A stretch of 64,000 nt of DNA from Candidatus Latescibacterota bacterium (GTDB taxonomy: Bacteria; Latescibacterota; UBA2968; UBA8231). A program made the translations under genes and the position numbers. Below are positions 58,830 to 64,000 of the stretch, piece after piece. A model generated the notes under the pieces. The model was not told where the DNA came from. It made no database searches and was given only the letters and a program-made list of their open reading frames with translations. The stretch lies in assembly GCA_965248265.1 (NCBI GenBank), contig CBDFJF010000002.1, forward strand, positions 1,984,001 to 2,048,000, given 5' to 3'. Numbering within the stretch: position 1 is the first letter of the stretch; each line of letters starts with the position of its first letter.

Positions 58830-59888
58830 CTATCCTCGTTCGATAATTCCACCACCCAGACAGGTGTTGCCGTCGTAGAACACGGCGTGTTGCCCAGAGG
58901 CGATCCCGGCGTCAGGCTCTGCGAGCTCGACGTAGAGGGTATCCGTCGATGGGCAGAGGCGGACTCCACAATCGGCCAGGTCCGGGGCATGCCGGATTCT
59001 CACTTGCAGCTTGTCCGAATCGGGAGCACCACTGATCCAGTTGATGTTGCGCACGGTGAATGAGGAGCGTCTGTTGTGTTCCAATTGGTCGCGGTGCACG
59101 ACATAGACGATGTTGCGCTCAGTGTCCTTGTCAGCGACGTACCAGGGACCGCCTCCGAGCCCGAGTCCGAAGCGCTGACCGATGGTGTAAAACCAGAATC
59201 CTTCGTGCTCACCCAACCGCTGAGTGGAAGTCTGGTCGATGATGTCACCTGGTTGAGTGCCCAGGTGGAACTGGATGAAGTCCCGGTATCGTATCTTGCC
59301 CAGAAAGCAGATTCCCTGGCTGTCCTTACGCGCGCGGTTAGGCAGCTCGACGCGGTCGGCGATTTCGCGCACTTGTGTCTTGCGTAGATGGCCGATCGGG
59401 AACAGGGTTCTCGCCAGCTGATCCTGATTGAGATTGGACAGGAAGTAGGTCTGGTCCTTGACCGGGTCGGTACCGCGCTTCAACAACCAGTCGCCGTTGT
59501 TGGCCAGGATCTGAGCATGATGTCCCGATGCCACTTTGGCGAAGCTGTCGTCAATACAGTCGAAGAAGGCGCCGAACTTGATGTGCTGATTGCAGAAGAT
59601 ATCCGGGCTGGGTGTACGCCCGCTGCGCAGTTCGCTCAGGGCGTGGGAAACGACCAGATCGAGATACTCGGCTTGCAGCGGTACGATCGTCAGAGGGACA
59701 TTGAACTGCTCACACACGGCGCGTACGAAGTGTAGATCCTCTTCCCAAGGACAGTCACCGACGTAGGCCACTTCATCCTCGAGCCACACCTTGAGGTAGA
59801 AGGCGTGGAGATCGTGACCCTGGTCAGCCAGCAGGCTCAAGGCGACGGAGCTGTCGACTCCACCAGATAGCAGAATAGCGGTTTTCAT
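58830..59888 (-). CDS. mnmA: tRNA 2-thiouridine(34) synthase
   Basis: SGGVDSSV, TPSPDIFCN, KDQTYFL, DSQGICF and YTIGQR motifs. Confidence 0.97.
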   Translation of the reverse strand: MKTAILLSGGVDSSVALSLLADQGHDLHAFYLKVWLEDEVAYVGDCPWEEDLHFVRAVCEQFNVPLTIVPLQAEYLDLVVSHALSELRSGRTPSPDIFCNQHIKFGAFFDCIDDSFAKVASGHHAQILANNGDWLLKRGTDPVKDQTYFLSNLNQDQLARTLFPIGHLRKTQVREIADRVELPNRARKDSQGICFLGKIRYRDFIQFHLGTQPGDIIDQTSTQRLGEHEGFWFYTIGQRFGLGLGGGPWYVADKDTERNIVYVVHRDQLEHNRRSSFTVRNINWISGAPDSDKLQVRIRHAPDLADCGVRLCPSTDTLYVELAEPDAGIASGQHAVFYDGNTCLGGGIIERG

Positions 59889-59935
59889 GCTGGAAAACGT
59901 ACAGGCTGAGAGAATGAGGAGCAACACAGAAGACG

Positions 59936-61150
59936 GTGAGTGAGTCAGATCGAGGTCTTCGCAAGATAGTCATCTCCCTCTACGTGCCGACGCTGCTGAT
60001 GGGGTTCTGCGGTGCACTGGTGGTACCGATTCTACCGCTGCTGGCCCTGTCTTTCGACGTGTCGTATGGGATGACTGGCGTCGTTCTGGCTGCACCCGGA
60101 ATCGGTACCCTGATCTGTGACATGCCGGTGGGCACACTCGTGCGCCGGATCGGCTATCGGTGGGGAATGCTAGCCGGTGGGAGCGTCATGTTCGTGGCCG
60201 CCCTGGCCGTGTTTACCTCAACCAGTATCGTTGAGCTTTTCATCTATCGTCTGTTCACGGGAGTCGGGCTGACGCTGTGGGGCATATCGATCCAGGCCTA
60301 TCTGTACGAGTCCATCGGACAGGCGCAACTTGGCCGAGCAAGCGCCCTGATAGGTGGCATTTATCGGTTGACCAGCTTCGTGGCCCCCGCCCTTGGTGGG
60401 TTCATGGGAGAGGCGCTCGGGCTACGCTTTCCGTTCCTGCTCTATGCCGTCCTATCGTTGGTGAGTCTGGCCGTCGTTTTCGCGTCCGTGCCCAGGCCCG
60501 ATCTCGGGAATCGTAAAGTCAGGGATGAACGTTCCGGTCGTTTCAGAGACCACCTCAGAGCGAATCTGCGCATCGTACTGCGCGGCGGACCGGGCTACGC
60601 CGTCGGGCAGATCACGCGCACGTCCCGCAATGTGATAATCCCGCTATTCGCAGCGGAAGTGCTTGGACTCAGTCCCTCGTCGATCGGCCTGGTAACGAGT
60701 CTGTCGTTCGGAATAGACCTGATCATGGTATATCCAGCAGGAGTGATCATGGATCGCTGGGGTCGAAAGTTTGCCTATGTCCCCAGCTTCTTCCTGCAGG
60801 GAATGGCGCTGTCAATGATTCCGTTCACCACGAGCTTTGTCGAACTACTCGTCGTCGCCATGGCCCTCGGTTTTTCCAATGGCATCGGAGCTGGGACAAT
60901 GCTGGCGCTGGCCGGAGACCTGGCTCCGGAGAAAGGACGCGGGGATTTCCTGGGCATCTGGCATTTCGTGGGAGACGTTGGCGGGACAAGCGCCCCATTG
61001 ATCATGGGCAAGGTTGGTGATCTGGCGGGTCTTGGTGCCTCAGCGTTCGTGGCGGGAGCATCAGGAGTATTGGCGGCGGCACTATTGGGTTTCCTGGTAC
61101 CGGAAACGCTTGCAAAACCCGAGAAGGGAGATGGTCCTATCAAGGGCTGA
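59936..61150 (+). CDS. MFS transporter
   Basis: 12 TM, G.LV.RIG and MDRWGRK loop motifs. Confidence 0.9.
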   Translation: MSESDRGLRKIVISLYVPTLLMGFCGALVVPILPLLALSFDVSYGMTGVVLAAPGIGTLICDMPVGTLVRRIGYRWGMLAGGSVMFVAALAVFTSTSIVELFIYRLFTGVGLTLWGISIQAYLYESIGQAQLGRASALIGGIYRLTSFVAPALGGFMGEALGLRFPFLLYAVLSLVSLAVVFASVPRPDLGNRKVRDERSGRFRDHLRANLRIVLRGGPGYAVGQITRTSRNVIIPLFAAEVLGLSPSSIGLVTSLSFGIDLIMVYPAGVIMDRWGRKFAYVPSFFLQGMALSMIPFTTSFVELLVVAMALGFSNGIGAGTMLALAGDLAPEKGRGDFLGIWHFVGDVGGTSAPLIMGKVGDLAGLGASAFVAGASGVLAAALLGFLVPETLAKPEKGDGPIKG

Positions 61151-61190
61151 CTGCAACGGTAGTAACGATGTGTACGTGGGGTTGAACACG

Positions 61191-61230
61191 AGAGAGGCTG
61201 CTCGCAGGTGACGGAGCAGCCTTCTCTTTT
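61191..61230 (+). terminator. Rho-independent terminator after the MFS gene
   Basis: AGAGAGGCTGCTC...GAGCAGCCTTCTCTTTT. Confidence 0.7.
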
Positions 61231-61360
61231 GTGGCATCCAACAAGCCAACACACCATTTTCGGAACCAGGTCCCGGTAACCTGTTGTGGCCAACTCAGCT
61301 ACAGGTCCGGAAAGTATGTGGCCATGGAGGCATCCTCTTAGCAGCAACAGGGAAGCACTG

Positions 61361-64000
61361 ATGGAAGAGAAACCAAAACGACCCAGCATCAACGGCCGGG
61401 GTGTGTGGCAACAGTTTACCATCCAAGACGGTCTTCCTGACATGAAGATCGAATGCATTTATGAGGACTCTCAGGGAATACTCTGGATAGGCACACACGA
61501 TCGAGGAGTAGTCCGCTATGACGGCAGAGAATTCCAGACCTTCACTCGTCAGGACGGACTGTCTGGTGATGGTGTATTCAGCGTCATTGAGGATGAGTCT
61601 GGTACGCTGTGGTTTGGGACCAATGGGGGAATAACGGCCATGGATGGTGGCGCCTTCGTCCAATTGGAAGGAACAGAAAGCCTAAGTTGCCTTTGGGGAG
61701 TTTGTGTCAGCGATGGTGCCATATGGTTCGGTTTGGAAAAAAAACCTGCGCAGTCGCCTGCGGTTTGCCGCGTATGGGGCAAACAGAGAGAAGTGCTGTT
61801 TGCGGAAGGTGATCCACCAGATGCAGGTGGGAGTATTCACCGTACGGTGTCTGATGGTATGGGTAGTGTACTGTGTGCCGGACAGGGCGTTTTCCTATCC
61901 AGCGATGAAAGTATGTCTTCGATCTCGAGTCTAGATTCGCTGATACATGTAAACGATATGCTTCTTCGATCTGATGGTTCAATTTGGATATCTGAATACC
62001 GGGGAATTTTCAAGTATGAACCCTCGGAGGATCGAATTGAGTGTATCTCGTCAAACAGAAACGTAGAGGCGTTGGCTGAGGACGCTGACGGTGTTGTATG
62101 GCTTTGTGGAAACAATGGAAAGTTGTGGTCTTGGGATCCGGTAGCCGGTTTTGAGGAGAAGCTAGACCTCGATGCTGTGTTTTGGCGTGGAATGATATTT
62201 GACCATCGAGGTCGGCTGTGGATCGGATCTTACGGATCGGGTCTGGTCTACTATGAGGAAACGAGGATACAGGTTTTCGGTTGCGCGCAAGGATTGCCCA
62301 ATGAACGAATCAGGAATGTTGCGTTGGACAAAGATAAGCGAGTATGGGTCGGCACTGAGTCAGGTTTGGCGGTCGTTGGCAATTCTTCGATTGAACCTGT
62401 TGGTGCACAGCTTCTCGCAGAAGAAAAGATTTCAAGCTTGGAAGTGGATCGGTCGGGCCGATTGTGGATTGGCACACGAGCCGGACACGTGATTACATAT
62501 TTCAACGGTGAGTTTACAGAGCAGGAAGCGGTCCGGGAGTTCGAGCGATACAGTATTAGCAAGTTGGCGGTAGACTCACTTAATCGAGTTTGGTTCGCTT
62601 CTCGCCATGGCCTCGGATTCGGCTACTACGATGACGGCATAGTGCAACACTATCCCGCTACACAAGAGGAGAACTATCCCACATGGGTCGGTGCAATGGC
62701 TGCGGACAAAGATGGACACATATGGATCGGTTCCGCCGAACCAAGTAAATGGAGCGGGCTATGTCGCGCAGGCGATTCAGAGCTAACCAGATATCCCTTG
62801 GCAGAGGCATTGCCTATTTCATCTCTGTGTGTTGAGGATCAAGTGGTCTGGATCGGTTCAAGCGAAGGGTTGTTTTCGTTGCACAGACGGACAGGAAGTT
62901 TATGCAAGACAACACAACGGCTTTCGTGCCAGATCGTAACCGCCATTACTGTAGCCAGCAACGGAACCCTGTGGATAGGTACGGAGGGGGGTGGCGTAAA
63001 TCATTACGATGGGACCACTGTTCAAGCCATACAGATCCCAGGCGATGTCCAGCGCAACGTTATCAACGACATCTGCGAAGATGTCTTTGGTGATATGTGG
63101 ATTGCTACCAATTGCGGGTTGGTGAGGTTCCAGAGGACGAGGATGCCTCCATCCGCCGAGATTCTAAGTGTTCTTGGGCAAGATGAGCAAAACGGTTCCG
63201 AAGAGGTCCGGGCGTACAAGGCGGGGCGAGAGATCACCATCAGGTTTTCTGGATACAGCCCTGACGAGCACACCTCCCACCTAACATTTCTGTACCGCCT
63301 TGTCGGCTGCGAGGACGATTGGAATCAAACGGATGAGACAAGTGTAAGCTACGCTGGCCTAAAGCCTGGCTCATATCGCTTCGATCTTCGAGCTGTTGAC
63401 CGTGACTTGAACCGGTCAGAGATCGCTTGTGTCGAGTTGAGTATTGCACCGACGCCCATGGATGTTGCCTTGAATGAGGCACTGTCAGGAGACAGCGGAG
63501 GCCAGGAGTTTATTGGTCACAGTGCATGCATTCTGGAGGTCATGGACAGGATCAAAGACGTGGCGCCGAGCGACCTAACGGTCTCGATTTTCGGGGAGAC
63601 TGGCACTGGGAAGGGGTTGATCGCCAGAGCCGTACACGCGCTGAGCGATAGAAAATTAGGGCCTTTCGTTTCCGTGAACTGTGGCGCGTTACCCGAAGGC
63701 CTTGTAGACAGCCAACTATTCGGTCATGAACGTGGGGCATTCACCGGTGCGTCTGCTCGGAGAGTGGGCAAGTTCGAGCTAGCCGACAGCGGTAGTATTT
63801 TCTTGGACGAAATCGGAGATCTGCCAATTGAATCCCAGGCAAGGTTGTTGCATGTCCTTCAAGAGTTGTCTATCGAGCGAGTTGGCGGTAGTCGGCAGAT
63901 TCCCGTTAGTGTGCGGGTTATAGCTGCAACCAACCGAGACTTGCCTCAAGCTGTTCAGGAAGGGTATTTCCGAGAGGACCTATTCTATAGGTTGAACGTT
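61361..64000 (+). CDS. Reg_prop beta-propeller + Y_Y_Y domain fused to sigma54 (NtrC-type) AAA+ activator, 3' partial
   Basis: Not in the ORF track (no stop in window). MEEKPKR...QDGLP...EDSQGILWIGT repeats, FLYRLVG...W...YAGLKPGSYRF, then GETGTGK, NCGALP, FGHERGAFTGA, FLDEIG and FREDLFYRLNV in the same frame. Confidence 0.88.
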   Translation, partial: MEEKPKRPSINGRGVWQQFTIQDGLPDMKIECIYEDSQGILWIGTHDRGVVRYDGREFQTFTRQDGLSGDGVFSVIEDESGTLWFGTNGGITAMDGGAFVQLEGTESLSCLWGVCVSDGAIWFGLEKKPAQSPAVCRVWGKQREVLFAEGDPPDAGGSIHRTVSDGMGSVLCAGQGVFLSSDESMSSISSLDSLIHVNDMLLRSDGSIWISEYRGIFKYEPSEDRIECISSNRNVEALAEDADGVVWLCGNNGKLWSWDPVAGFEEKLDLDAVFWRGMIFDHRGRLWIGSYGSGLVYYEETRIQVFGCAQGLPNERIRNVALDKDKRVWVGTESGLAVVGNSSIEPVGAQLLAEEKISSLEVDRSGRLWIGTRAGHVITYFNGEFTEQEAVREFERYSISKLAVDSLNRVWFASRHGLGFGYYDDGIVQHYPATQEENYPTWVGAMAADKDGHIWIGSAEPSKWSGLCRAGDSELTRYPLAEALPISSLCVEDQVVWIGSSEGLFSLHRRTGSLCKTTQRLSCQIVTAITVASNGTLWIGTEGGGVNHYDGTTVQAIQIPGDVQRNVINDICEDVFGDMWIATNCGLVRFQRTRMPPSAEILSVLGQDEQNGSEEVRAYKAGREITIRFSGYSPDEHTSHLTFLYRLVGCEDDWNQTDETSVSYAGLKPGSYRFDLRAVDRDLNRSEIACVELSIAPTPMDVALNEALSGDSGGQEFIGHSACILEVMDRIKDVAPSDLTVSIFGETGTGKGLIARAVHALSDRKLGPFVSVNCGALPEGLVDSQLFGHERGAFTGASARRVGKFELADSGSIFLDEIGDLPIESQARLLHVLQELSIERVGGSRQIPVSVRVIAATNRDLPQAVQEGYFREDLFYRLNV

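Noticed and set aside
61295-61315. CAGGTCCGGAA resembling the SRP RNA loop
   Set aside because: The following GGAAGCAGC and the long flanking helix are absent.
61295-63740. Short ORFs listed in the track across 61.3-63.7 kb
   Set aside because: Explained by one long plus-strand CDS from 61361 running off the window.

Overview
A GC-rich bacterial chromosomal segment with about 50 CDS. It is most likely from a Latescibacterota/Gemmatimonadota-like FCB-related lineage; this is inferred from NYPNPFNP and TxxGxxK C-terminal tags, DUF4838, PhyH, Gfo/Idh/MocA and NHL proteins, and an orphan flagellin. Content includes carbohydrate/acid-sugar catabolic genes, a DUF1538-DUF1538-P-II cluster, four histidine kinases, sahR-ahcY with its operator, msrAB, mnmA, a ychF-like gene, gltS and several internally deleted gene remnants. 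No rRNA, tRNA, CRISPR or transposase was recognised. The top finding, absent from the ORF track, is a 90-aa DUF5069-like gene (39470-39742, minus) with an in-frame TGA at the family's Cys position. A bacterial SECIS-like hairpin follows 12 nt later and the read-through stop overlaps the next start, making it a probable selenoprotein inside a lectin-like/kinase-like/aminopeptidase operon. Other highlights: a ~225-nt structured ncRNA candidate ending in a terminator (57757-57980, minus), two beta-barrel + periplasmic protein + histidine kinase triads, a Met/Cys/Tyr-free flagellin, a cytoplasmic propeller/sigma54-activator fusion (61361 to window end, also missing from the track) and a reshuffled promoter/RBS module. 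Family calls come from motif recognition, not database searches.
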